DNA from: Geobacter metallireducens GS-15
Lineage (GTDB): Bacteria; Desulfobacterota; Desulfuromonadia; Geobacterales; Geobacteraceae
DNA: 32,000 bases
Direction of reading: 5' to 3'
NCBI RefSeq assembly: GCF_000012925.1
Contig: NC_007517.1
Location: 180,001 to 212,000 of the forward strand
This document shows positions 7,117 through 14,651 of this stretch, in pieces (position 1 is the stretch's first letter; every line of letters starts with the position of its first letter). A program made the position numbers and the translations under genes. Below the pieces are notes generated by a model. The model searched no databases, was not told the origin of the DNA, and saw nothing but the letters and a program-made list of their open reading frames with translations.

Positions 7117-8385
7117 ATGGAACAGCTCCTCTTCCGACATAACCGCCCCGGCCGGTGCGTGACCTTTGCCGAGTACCGGGCCGAGGGGGGCTTCGCGGCG
7201 CTGGAGAAAGCCCTTGCCGGCATGTCCCCCAACGACGTCCAGCAGGTCGTGATCGACTCGGGCCTGCGCGGCCGCGGCGGCGCCGGCTTCCCCACGGGGA
7301 AGAAGTGGTCCTTCGTCCCCCGGGACATCCCCGGCCCCCGTTACCTCATCTGCAACTGCGACGAGATGGAGCCGGGGACCTACAAGGACCGGGTGCTCCT
7401 GGAGGCGAACCCCTATTCCCTCGTGGAGGGGATGACCCTGGCCGCCTACGCCATCGGTGTGGCCCACGCCTTCATCTTCATCCGGCGGGGGTACGAGGAG
7501 GCGGCGGAGAACTGCCGCCGGGCCATCGCCGAGGCGAAAGCGGCGGGGCTTCTGGGGGAGAACATCCTCGGCACCGGCTTCTCCCTGGAGCTGGACGTCC
7601 ACCAGTCCGCCGGGCGCTACATCTGCGGCGAGGAAACCGCTCTCATGAACGCCCTGGAGGGGAAGCGGGCCAATCCGCGGAGCAAGCCCCCCTTCCCGGC
7701 GGTGAAGGGGCTCTGGGGGCGCCCCACGGTGGTGAACAACGTGGAGACCCTGGCAAACATCCCGGCCATCGTGGCCAACGGGGCCGCCTGGTTCAAGGGG
7801 CTGGCACGGATCCCCGAGGCGGCGGGGATGAAGCTCTTCTGCGTGAGCGGCCATGTGAACAACACCGCCTGCTTCGAGTTGCCGCTCGGGATGACCCTGG
7901 GCGAGATCATCGACGGCCCCTGCGGCGGGATGCTCCCGGGACGGGAGTTCAAGGCGTGCATCCCCGGTGGGGCGTCGACGCCGTTCTTCACGAAGGAGCA
8001 CTGGCACGTTCCCATGGATTTCGACACCGTGGCCAAGGCCGGGTCCCGGCTCGGCACCGGCGGCATCGTGGTCTTCGACCGGGACACCTGCATGGTGGCG
8101 GCAACCCTGAACCTAATCGTCTTCTACGCCCGGGAATCGTGCGGCTGGTGCACCCCCTGCCGGGAGGGGCTCCCCTTCGTGCAGGACGTCCTGGCCCGGA
8201 TCGAGGCGGGGGAGGGACGGGAGGAGCACATCGGCATCCTCCGGGAGCATATCCAATACCTCAACTACTCCTTCTGTCCCCTGGCCCCGGGCGCCATGGG
8301 GCCGGTGGAGGGACTGTTGCGGCTCTTCGAGGGCGAGATCCGGGAGCATATTGTTCTGGGGCGCTGCCCCTTTGGAGGGAAATGA
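7117..8385 (+). CDS. nuoF: NADH-quinone oxidoreductase subunit F (FMN/NADH-binding)
   Basis: GLRGRGGAGFPTGKKWSF, YICGEETALMNALEG and ESCGWCTPCREG (N3 cluster). 422 aa. Confidence 0.95.
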   Translation: MEQLLFRHNRPGRCVTFAEYRAEGGFAALEKALAGMSPNDVQQVVIDSGLRGRGGAGFPTGKKWSFVPRDIPGPRYLICNCDEMEPGTYKDRVLLEANPYSLVEGMTLAAYAIGVAHAFIFIRRGYEEAAENCRRAIAEAKAAGLLGENILGTGFSLELDVHQSAGRYICGEETALMNALEGKRANPRSKPPFPAVKGLWGRPTVVNNVETLANIPAIVANGAAWFKGLARIPEAAGMKLFCVSGHVNNTACFELPLGMTLGEIIDGPCGGMLPGREFKACIPGGASTPFFTKEHWHVPMDFDTVAKAGSRLGTGGIVVFDRDTCMVAATLNLIVFYARESCGWCTPCREGLPFVQDVLARIEAGEGREEHIGILREHIQYLNYSFCPLAPGAMGPVEGLLRLFEGEIREHIVLGRCPFGGK

Positions 8386-8954
8386 TGGCACCACCGGTGG
8401 ATGATTTCGGCGGCCTCGTCACCCGGGCCACACGGCTCTGGACAGGGAACTTCGGCAACCTGCTCATTCTCTCCCTGGTCTTCGTGCTGGTGTGCTGGAT
8501 CCCCGTCGCCAACGTGGGGTTCCTTGCCGGCTACACCCGGGCGATCCTCAAGGTGGCCAGGGGGGAAAAGGCCGAGGCAGGGGACATCTTCCGGGCGTGG
8601 GACTGCTTCGGCGACCTCTTCGTCTACCTCCTCCTGGTGCTCGTGGCCCAGTTCGCCCTGAACCACGTGCCGGGCATCGGCCAGGTGGCGGGGTTCGCCC
8701 TGGCGGTGGTGGTTGCCCCGGGGATGTACGGGATCATCGACCGGAGGATGAAGTTCATGGACGCCTTCCGCTGGAGCCTCGAAGCCATCAAGGGGGATCT
8801 GGTCGGCTGGCTCCTGGCGGTGCTCATCGGCGGCATCTTCATGGCCGTGGGGGCGCTCCTTCTCGGCATCGGCATCATCATCACCCTCGGCTGGGGAAGC
8901 CTCGTCATGGCGCTCCAGTACGACCGGGAACGGCCCCGGGTGATCATCCTGTAG
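8382..8954 (+). CDS. integral membrane protein of unknown function (190 aa) between nuoF and nuoG
   Basis: This is the last 190 codons of track ORF 7155-8954. ATGATG at 8382-8387 overlaps the nuoF stop. There are four to five hydrophobic segments (NLLILSLVFVLVCWIPVANVGFLAG, LFVYLLLVLVAQFAL, VAGFALAVVVAPGMYGII, LLAVLIGGIFMAVGALLLGIGIIITLGWGSLVMAL). It has a loose DUF975-like look, which I have not verified. Confidence 0.7.
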   Translation: MMAPPVDDFGGLVTRATRLWTGNFGNLLILSLVFVLVCWIPVANVGFLAGYTRAILKVARGEKAEAGDIFRAWDCFGDLFVYLLLVLVAQFALNHVPGIGQVAGFALAVVVAPGMYGIIDRRMKFMDAFRWSLEAIKGDLVGWLLAVLIGGIFMAVGALLLGIGIIITLGWGSLVMALQYDRERPRVIIL

Positions 8955-8963
8955 CGAGAGACC

Positions 8964-10892
8964 ATGCCCAAGCTCATCATCGATCACATACCGGTTGAAG
9001 TCCCCGCCGGCACCAGCGTTCTGGAGGCGGCCAAGTCCGTCGGGATCTGGATCCCCCACTTCTGCTACCATCCGGCCCTCGGAAGCGTGGGGGCCTGCCG
9101 GCTCTGCGCCGTGAAGATGCTGGACGGCCCGGTGAAGGGGATCCAGATGTCGTGCATGCTCCCGGCCCAGGACGGGATGGTGGTCTCCACCACCGACCCC
9201 GAGGCCCTGAAGATGCGGAGCCTCGTCATCGAGTGGCTCATGACCAACCATCCCCACGACTGCCCGGTCTGCGACGAGGGGGGTGAGTGCCTCCTCCAGG
9301 ATTACACCGTCGCCGGGGGCCACGGCATCCGCCGCTACGAAGGGAAAAAGCGAACCCACGTGAACCAGTACCTTGGGCCGTACATCGAGCACGAGATGAA
9401 TCGCTGCATCCAGTGCTACCGCTGCGTCCGGTTCTACCAGGAATACGCCGGCGGGAGCGACTTCGGCGTCATGGGAAACGCCCGGCGGGTTTACTACGGC
9501 CGCTTTGAGGAGGGGAAGCTCGAATCTCCCTTCTCCGGCACCCTCGTGGACATCTGCCCCACCGGCGTCTTCACCGACAAGACCGCCCGCTTCCGGGCCC
9601 GCTACTGGGACTACGAGATGGCCCCCTCGGTCTGCCCCCACTGTTCTCTGGGATGCAACACCGTGCCGGCGGCCCGCTACCGGGAGCTCCTGAAAACCAT
9701 TGCCCGGGAGAACCCCACCGTGAACGGCCCCTTCATCTGCGACCGGGGACGGTTCACCAATGCCCCGGTGAACGACCCGGCGCGCCCCCGGGTGCCGCTG
9801 GTGGACAGGAAAGAGGTTTCGTGGGATGCGGCCCTGGATGCCCTCATGGTGCGGGTCAGCGAACTGGAAGAGCTGTACGGCCCCGGGAGCCTGGCAGTGG
9901 TCGGCTCGCCCCGGCTCGCGCTGGAGGGGAACATCCTGCTGGCGCGCCTGGCGGACCTCCTCGGCGCGGGGCACCTCTGCTACTTTACCGAGAAGGAGGA
10001 GGGGGAGCGGACCGCCGCGGCAGTCGACCTCCTCGCCGGCGACAAAGCCGCCTCCATGGCGGACGTGCGGAAGGCCGACTGCGTAGTCATCCTCGAAGCG
10101 GACCTCCGGGACGAGGGGCCCATGATGCTCCTGGCGGTCCGGCAGGCATGGCGCCACGGCGCGCCGGTCTTCCTGGTGGGGAAGCACGCCCCCCTGGAGC
10201 AGGCCCGCACCGTCTCCATGGAAGCCATCGAGCTCAGCATCCTCGAAGAGGTTCCCCTGGCCATCTTCGAGCGCCCCGTGGTCATCTGCGGGACCAGGAA
10301 CAGCACCCGCGCCGCCATCGAACTCCTGGCCCGGGCCGATGCCAAGATCGCCTGCCTCCTCCCCGGCCCCAACGCCTTCGGAGCCAGGCTTCTGGCAAAG
10401 GAGCACGGAGCGGTCGCCCTGGCCGAGGCCGTGGCCTCCGGAAAGGTGAAGGGGATCATCGCCGTGGAGGCAGACATCCCGGAGGAGCTTCTGGCGCAAG
10501 TCCCCCTTATCGTCGCCGCCGACTGGCTCCCCACGGAGACGCTCCGGCGGGCCCAGGTGGTTCTCCCCACGGCCGCCTGGGTAGAGATGGACGGCACCTT
10601 CGTCAACAACGAGGGGCGGGCACAGCGCTTCCGCAAGGCCATGGTCCCCGGTCTCCCGATCCGGGGGCTCCCGGCCCGCTACCACGCCTCACCGGACAAG
10701 CCGGCGCCCTTCCATCCGCCCCGGGTCCACCGCAGCGTTTCACCCGGCGGTGATACTCGCCCCGCCTGGCGGATCGTGGCGGAACTCATGGAGCGGTGCG
10801 GAGGGGAGACAGAGACTGACCCCTTTGTGGGGCGGTGGGAGGTGTTGCGGGGGCTCGATCCGGAGGGAGATGGGGTGAGGCTGAGAGGGTGA
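8964..10892 (+). CDS. nuoG: NADH-quinone oxidoreductase subunit G (642 aa)
   Basis: CYHPALGSVGACRLCAV (2Fe-2S), HPHDCPVCDEGGECLLQD, CIQCYRCVRF and CPTGVFTDK Fe-S motifs, followed by a molybdopterin-oxidoreductase-like domain. Confidence 0.95.
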   Translation: MPKLIIDHIPVEVPAGTSVLEAAKSVGIWIPHFCYHPALGSVGACRLCAVKMLDGPVKGIQMSCMLPAQDGMVVSTTDPEALKMRSLVIEWLMTNHPHDCPVCDEGGECLLQDYTVAGGHGIRRYEGKKRTHVNQYLGPYIEHEMNRCIQCYRCVRFYQEYAGGSDFGVMGNARRVYYGRFEEGKLESPFSGTLVDICPTGVFTDKTARFRARYWDYEMAPSVCPHCSLGCNTVPAARYRELLKTIARENPTVNGPFICDRGRFTNAPVNDPARPRVPLVDRKEVSWDAALDALMVRVSELEELYGPGSLAVVGSPRLALEGNILLARLADLLGAGHLCYFTEKEEGERTAAAVDLLAGDKAASMADVRKADCVVILEADLRDEGPMMLLAVRQAWRHGAPVFLVGKHAPLEQARTVSMEAIELSILEEVPLAIFERPVVICGTRNSTRAAIELLARADAKIACLLPGPNAFGARLLAKEHGAVALAEAVASGKVKGIIAVEADIPEELLAQVPLIVAADWLPTETLRRAQVVLPTAAWVEMDGTFVNNEGRAQRFRKAMVPGLPIRGLPARYHASPDKPAPFHPPRVHRSVSPGGDTRPAWRIVAELMERCGGETETDPFVGRWEVLRGLDPEGDGVRLRG

Positions 10893-11069
10893 TACGTGTC
10901 CCGTTTGTGGAGATGAGCGCGCACGTGAACCGCTCAAGCGTGGGGACAGGCATTGACTGATTTGACATCTTGAAAGGGAGAAGGCTTTCCTAATCAGGAA
11001 GATGCAGCCATTGACGCGGCTGATCTCCCAGCCGTTTATGCAAGACAGAAAATTTATCACGAGGAGACC

Positions 11070-11447
11070 ATGCCAATGATCCCGGAAAAACTATTGGAAA
11101 TCATGAAACAGGACGGAGTTGTCGCCATTGCGACCTTGGGGGAGGATGGTCCGCATATGGTCAACACGTGGAATAGCTATATCAAGGTCTCACAAGACGG
11201 GCGTTTGTTCATTCCAGCGGGGTACATGCATAAGACTGAGGCCAACATTGCCCATAATCCCGATGTGCTGATCACCTTGGGAAGCAGCAAGGTTGCGGGG
11301 TTGCACGGTCCCGGCGCCGGTTTCCTGATCAAGGGTAAGGCGAACTTCATAACTTCCGGGCCGGATTTTGACTTTATGAAGGCAAAGTTCAACTGGTTAC
11401 GAGCCACATTGGCCGTTACCATCGAATCGGCCACTCAAACCTGGTGA
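11070..11447 (+). CDS. pyridoxamine 5'-phosphate oxidase-like FMN-binding split-barrel protein (125 aa)
   Basis: RBS GAGGAG lies upstream. VVAIATLGEDGPHMVNTW...KTEANIAHNPDVLITL is typical of small PNPOx-family proteins. G+C is visibly lower: three hand-counted 60-nt lines gave 57, 48 and 50%. Confidence 0.65.
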   Translation: MPMIPEKLLEIMKQDGVVAIATLGEDGPHMVNTWNSYIKVSQDGRLFIPAGYMHKTEANIAHNPDVLITLGSSKVAGLHGPGAGFLIKGKANFITSGPDFDFMKAKFNWLRATLAVTIESATQTW

Positions 11448-11546
11448 GCCTTGCATGATATCCAATCACAAACCTTGCCAAGCGGCTGGGGGTGACCAAG
11501 CGGCGTGACAGGCTGAGACGACAGGCAGCGAAACAGAGATGATGGA

Positions 11547-12536
11547 ATGACCCCTGTAGCCCTCGACATAGCCATCCACCTGGCCAAGATCGCCCTGATC
11601 TTCTTCGTGGTGCTGACTCTGGCGGCCTACCTGGTCTTCGCCGAGCGGCGGATTCTGGCCTGGATCCAGGACCGGAAGGGACCGAACCGGGTGGGGCCCT
11701 TTGGCCTCTTGCAGCCCCTGGCGGATCTCATCAAGCTCCTGACCAAGGAGGACTTCCGACCCGCCGGGGCCGACAAGTGGCTCTTCTACCTGGCCCCTGC
11801 CATGGCGGCGATCCCGGCCATTCTCACCTTCGCGGTGATCCCCTTCGGGGCCCCTCTGACGCTCTTCGGCAGGGAGGTGCCGCTCCAGGTGGCGGACCTG
11901 AACGTGGGGCTCCTTTTCTTTCTGGCACTCTCCTCAATAGCGGTGTATGGTGTGGCCCTGGGGGGGTGGGCGTCCAACTCCAAGTACGCGCTTTTGGGCT
12001 CCATCCGGGGGCTGGCGCAACTCATCTCCTACGAGCTGTCCATGGGGTTGTCGCTGGTGCCGACGGTGATGCTGGCCGGGTCGCTCCGGCTCTCGGACAT
12101 CGTGGCGGCCCAGGAGGGGATCTGGTTCATCGTCTATCAGCCCCTGGCATTCGTGATCTTCCTCATCAGCATCGCGGCGGAGTGCAAGCGGATTCCCTTC
12201 GACATCCCCGAGGCGGAGGGGGAGCTGGTGGCCGGGTTCCACACCGAGTACTCGGGGATGCGCTTCGGCCTTTTCTTCGTGGGGGAGTACATCAACATCA
12301 TCGTCCTCGGCGGGCTGGCAACCACCTTCTTCCTGGGGGGTTGGCACGGGCCGTGGCTCCCCCCCTTCGTCTGGTTCTCGGCGAAGACCCTCGCCTTCGC
12401 CTTCTTCTTCATCTGGATGCGGGGGACGCTGCCGCGGCTTCGCTACGACCAGCTCATGCACCTGGGCTGGAAGGTGCTGACGCCGCTGGCGCTGGTCAAC
12501 ATTCTTGTCACCGGCTGGATACTGATGCTCCGCTAA
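11547..12536 (+). CDS. nuoH: NADH-quinone oxidoreductase subunit H
   Basis: WIQDRKGPNRVGPFGLLQPLADLIKL and PFDIPEAEGELVAGFHTEYSGMRFGLFF. 329 aa, polytopic. Confidence 0.95.
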   Translation: MTPVALDIAIHLAKIALIFFVVLTLAAYLVFAERRILAWIQDRKGPNRVGPFGLLQPLADLIKLLTKEDFRPAGADKWLFYLAPAMAAIPAILTFAVIPFGAPLTLFGREVPLQVADLNVGLLFFLALSSIAVYGVALGGWASNSKYALLGSIRGLAQLISYELSMGLSLVPTVMLAGSLRLSDIVAAQEGIWFIVYQPLAFVIFLISIAAECKRIPFDIPEAEGELVAGFHTEYSGMRFGLFFVGEYINIIVLGGLATTFFLGGWHGPWLPPFVWFSAKTLAFAFFFIWMRGTLPRLRYDQLMHLGWKVLTPLALVNILVTGWILMLR

Positions 12537-12545
12537 CGGAGCATC
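12524..12545 (+). other. perfect 9-bp hairpin enclosing the nuoH stop codon
   Basis: GATGCTCCG-ctaa-CGGAGCATC, with the TAA stop (12534-12536) in the loop. Only a weak T-rich tail (ggacatttta) follows. Confidence 0.5.
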
Positions 12546-12665
12546 GGACATTTTAACGGAAAGGAGGGGAACGGGTAGTCCGCACGCATCAAGGTATCAC
12601 TCACGCATTGGTCATTGTCCCGGAGAAGTGAACTCATTACGCAACATTTCAAAGGAGGACGTGTC

Positions 12666-13091
12666 ATGGTTGAGAACGTGAATACCAAAGACAAGCATGG
12701 GCATACGCCGCTCATCGAGGCGGCCAAGACAGGGGACGCCGAGACGATCAGAGATCTCCTGAACCGCGGCGCCGACATGGATGCACGGAGCGAGAAGGGG
12801 AAGACGGCCCTGCATTACGCGGCGGCCAACGGTAAGGCAGCGGCCATCAAGACTCTGCTGGAGGCGGGGGCTGAAGTGGACCCGCGAGACATGGAATGGC
12901 ACACCCCCCTCATGCTGGCGGCCAACTACGGATGCAACGAGTGCGTGGAAACCCTTTTGACGGCCGGCGCCGACCCCCTGGCCAAAATGAAGCTCGGCAA
13001 CACCGCCCTGACCTATGCGGAAGCGAACGGACACCCCGACACCCTGGAACTGATAACGAAGGCCCAGCGGGCCAAGGCCGGAAACGCCTGA
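12666..13091 (+). CDS. ankyrin-repeat protein (141 aa, about 4 repeats)
   Basis: RBS AAAGGAGG at 12651-12658 and ATG at 12666. Repeats: GHTPLIEAAKTGDAETIRDLLNRGADMDA, GKTALHYAAANGKAAAIKTLLEAGAEVD, WHTPLMLAANYGCNECVETLLTAGADP, GNTALTYAEANGHPDTLELI. Confidence 0.85.
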   Translation: MVENVNTKDKHGHTPLIEAAKTGDAETIRDLLNRGADMDARSEKGKTALHYAAANGKAAAIKTLLEAGAEVDPRDMEWHTPLMLAANYGCNECVETLLTAGADPLAKMKLGNTALTYAEANGHPDTLELITKAQRAKAGNA

Positions 13092-13113
13092 TCCTGCAAG
13101 GGTACGTTACCGC

Positions 13114-13137
13114 AGGGGCGGGGGATGCCTCGCCCCT
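13114..13137 (+). other. GC-rich hairpin with the upstream candidate nuoI start codon in its loop
   Basis: AGGGGCGGGG-gatg-CCTCGCCCCT forms 10 bp (one G.U). ATG 13125-13127 lies in the 4-nt loop. Paired by eye. Confidence 0.45.
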
Positions 13138-13679
13138 CTGTTGCCACCATGCCCATCATCACCGACTTCAAAGCAATCGCCACCGGGCTCTTTGTCACCT
13201 GGAAGCACATCTTCCGCAGGAGCGTCACGGTGGAATACCCCGAGGTGAAGCGGACCCCCGCTCCCCGCTACCGGGCGAGGATCGTCCTCACCCGCGACCC
13301 CGAGGGGGGAGAGCGGTGCGTGGCCTGCTACCTCTGCTCCGCCGCCTGCCCCGTTGACTGCATCTCCATGGAGGCGACCGAGGACGGGAACGGCCGCCGG
13401 TACGCCCGGTGGTTCCGGATCAACTTCTCCCGCTGCATCTTCTGCGGCCTCTGCGCCGAGGCCTGCCCCACCCTCGCCATCCAGATGACCCCTGACTACG
13501 AGATCTGCGAGCGGGACATCATGGAACTGGTCTACGAGAAGGAAGACCTCCTCATCGACGGCTGCGGCAAGGACCCCGCCTACAACTTCTACCGCCATGC
13601 CGGCATCGGCGTCACCCAGCCACGGGGCGCCGGCGAGCGGGAAGAGGAACCGGTTGATGCGCGGGGACTCATGCCGTGA
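13125..13679 (+). CDS. nuoI: NADH-quinone oxidoreductase subunit I (2x 4Fe-4S)
   Basis: YPEVKRTPAPRYRARIVLTRDPEGGERCVACYLCSAACP and CIFCGLCAEACP. The start is ambiguous: ATG 13125, or ATG 13149 (MPIITDF), which gives a more typical N-terminal length. Confidence 0.9.
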   Translation: MPRPSVATMPIITDFKAIATGLFVTWKHIFRRSVTVEYPEVKRTPAPRYRARIVLTRDPEGGERCVACYLCSAACPVDCISMEATEDGNGRRYARWFRINFSRCIFCGLCAEACPTLAIQMTPDYEICERDIMELVYEKEDLLIDGCGKDPAYNFYRHAGIGVTQPRGAGEREEEPVDARGLMP

Positions 13680-13810
13680 CATCCCCACGCCTGAGCGTCT
13701 AACCGGCAGACCGATCCTGCCTCTCCATCCCCGCATTCCGCAAGCCCTCCCCTTCCACAGCAACAGACTTTATGCCGAAAATGAAACAGTGGCTTACAAT
13801 TACCAAACTC

Positions 13811-13816
13811 TATAAT
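13811..13816 (+). promoter_or_regulatory. perfect TATAAT hexamer in an AT-rich patch (candidate -10 element)
   Basis: TATAAT at 13811-13816 sits in a local 47% G+C stretch (hand count of line 13741-13800). No good -35 lies at 16-18 nt; TTACAA is only 11 nt upstream. Confidence 0.25.
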
Positions 13817-13897
13817 GTGTGGATGTTGCGGCATCTCAGAGCCCAGGCACATGCGCACGCTAGACTGCGACAGGGGACCATCAGCGAGGTTTCCTGC

Positions 13898-13993
13898 ATG
13901 TGGCCCCGTCCCGGCAGCACCGACCCGGTGCCCAAGGTGAGCTTCGTCACAAAGGTGGACGATCAGGTCTGCACGGTGGGCTACTACAAGTAG
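13898..13993 (+). CDS. candidate 31-aa small protein (MWPRPGSTDPVPKVSFVTKVDDQVCTVGYYK); may extend upstream to 13772
   Basis: GAGG at 13886-13889 lies 8 nt before ATG 13898. 28 of the 31 sense-codon third positions are G/C, as in neighbouring real genes. A strong terminator follows 38 nt downstream. I recognised no homologue. Confidence 0.35.
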   Translation: MWPRPGSTDPVPKVSFVTKVDDQVCTVGYYK

Positions 13994-14031
13994 CATGGAT
14001 TGACATCTCCCCCACGGAAGTATGAACGCAT

Positions 14032-14075
14032 GGGGTCTCTCCGGCGAAAAACTGCCGGGAGAGGCCCCTTTTTTT
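14032..14075 (+). terminator. strong intrinsic terminator 37 nt upstream of nuoJ
   Basis: GGGGTCTCTCCGGC (14032-14045), loop gaaaaact, then GCCGGGAGAGGCCCC (14054-14068, one bulged G and one G.U), followed by seven T (14069-14075). Confidence 0.75.
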
Positions 14076-14112
14076 CTGCAATTTACCCCCGATATGGTAG
14101 ATTTTATCCGAT

Positions 14113-14598
14113 ATGGAATCGGCCCTCTTCTACATCCTGGCCGTTGTAACGGTCACGGGCACCGCCTTCGCCATCACGGAAAAGCACGCGGTGCACGCCA
14201 TCGTCTACCTCGTCACCTCGTTTTTCGCCCTGGCGGTGATCTTCTTCCTGCTCGGAGCGCCGGTGGTGGCAATCTTCGAGGTGATCATCTACGCCGGCGC
14301 CATCATGGTCCTCTTCCTCTTCGTGATCATGATGCTCGACCTGGGGCACCCGGAGCGGGCGCGGCTTCCCGGAATCCGGGAGTGGTGGCCGGCCCTTGCC
14401 CTCGGCGCCGTGACCCTGGCGTCGGCCCTGGCCCTCGTCGTATCCCGCGCCCCGGCGATTCCGGCACCGGGGAAAGCCATCGGCGTCAAGGAGTTCGCCC
14501 TGGCCCTCTTCGGCAAGTACGGCGTGGCGGTGGAAGTCATTTCGATGCAGCTCCTTTTCGCGCTCGTCGGGGCGCTTTACCTGGCACGGAAGCGATAG
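14113..14598 (+). CDS. nuoJ: NADH-quinone oxidoreductase subunit J
   Basis: 161 aa, hydrophobic. AIVYLVTSFFALAVIFFLLGAPVVAIFEVIIYAGAIMVLFLFVIMML is a NuoJ-like core. Confidence 0.9.
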   Translation: MESALFYILAVVTVTGTAFAITEKHAVHAIVYLVTSFFALAVIFFLLGAPVVAIFEVIIYAGAIMVLFLFVIMMLDLGHPERARLPGIREWWPALALGAVTLASALALVVSRAPAIPAPGKAIGVKEFALALFGKYGVAVEVISMQLLFALVGALYLARKR

Positions 14599-14651
14599 GA
14601 ACACTCGTGCCGAACAGGCGGCACGGTGCATATCAACCAAGGAGGAATGGC

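Noticed and set aside
7155-8381. The first 409 codons of the 599-aa + strand ORF 7155-8954.
   Set aside because: This part is out of frame with, and entirely inside, nuoF, and its translation is Arg/Pro/Gly-rich. Only the segment from ATG 8382 encodes a plausible membrane protein.
13589-13996. 135-aa - strand ORF across the nuoI-nuoJ spacer.
   Set aside because: It overlaps the 3' end of nuoI antisense, has no RBS and no recognisable domain, and its composition is shadow-like. The + strand micro-ORF has the better codon signal, so I kept only that, and only as a low-confidence call.
14000-14026. TTGACA-N15-TATGAA as a promoter just before the 14032-14075 terminator.
   Set aside because: The 15-nt spacer is too short, the -10 is poor, and transcription would start inside the terminator stem. 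I noted it only as a remote possibility of a leader or attenuator arrangement.
14606-14625. Hairpin CGTGCCG-aacagg-CGGCACG between nuoJ and the lipoprotein gene.
   Set aside because: It has only 7 bp and no T-tract. It is too weak to call a terminator or regulatory element.
14022-14651. The first 210 codons of ORF 14022-14936.
   Set aside because: It runs through the terminator hairpin and lies out of frame over nuoJ. Only the last 94 codons, the lipoprotein from ATG 14652, look real.
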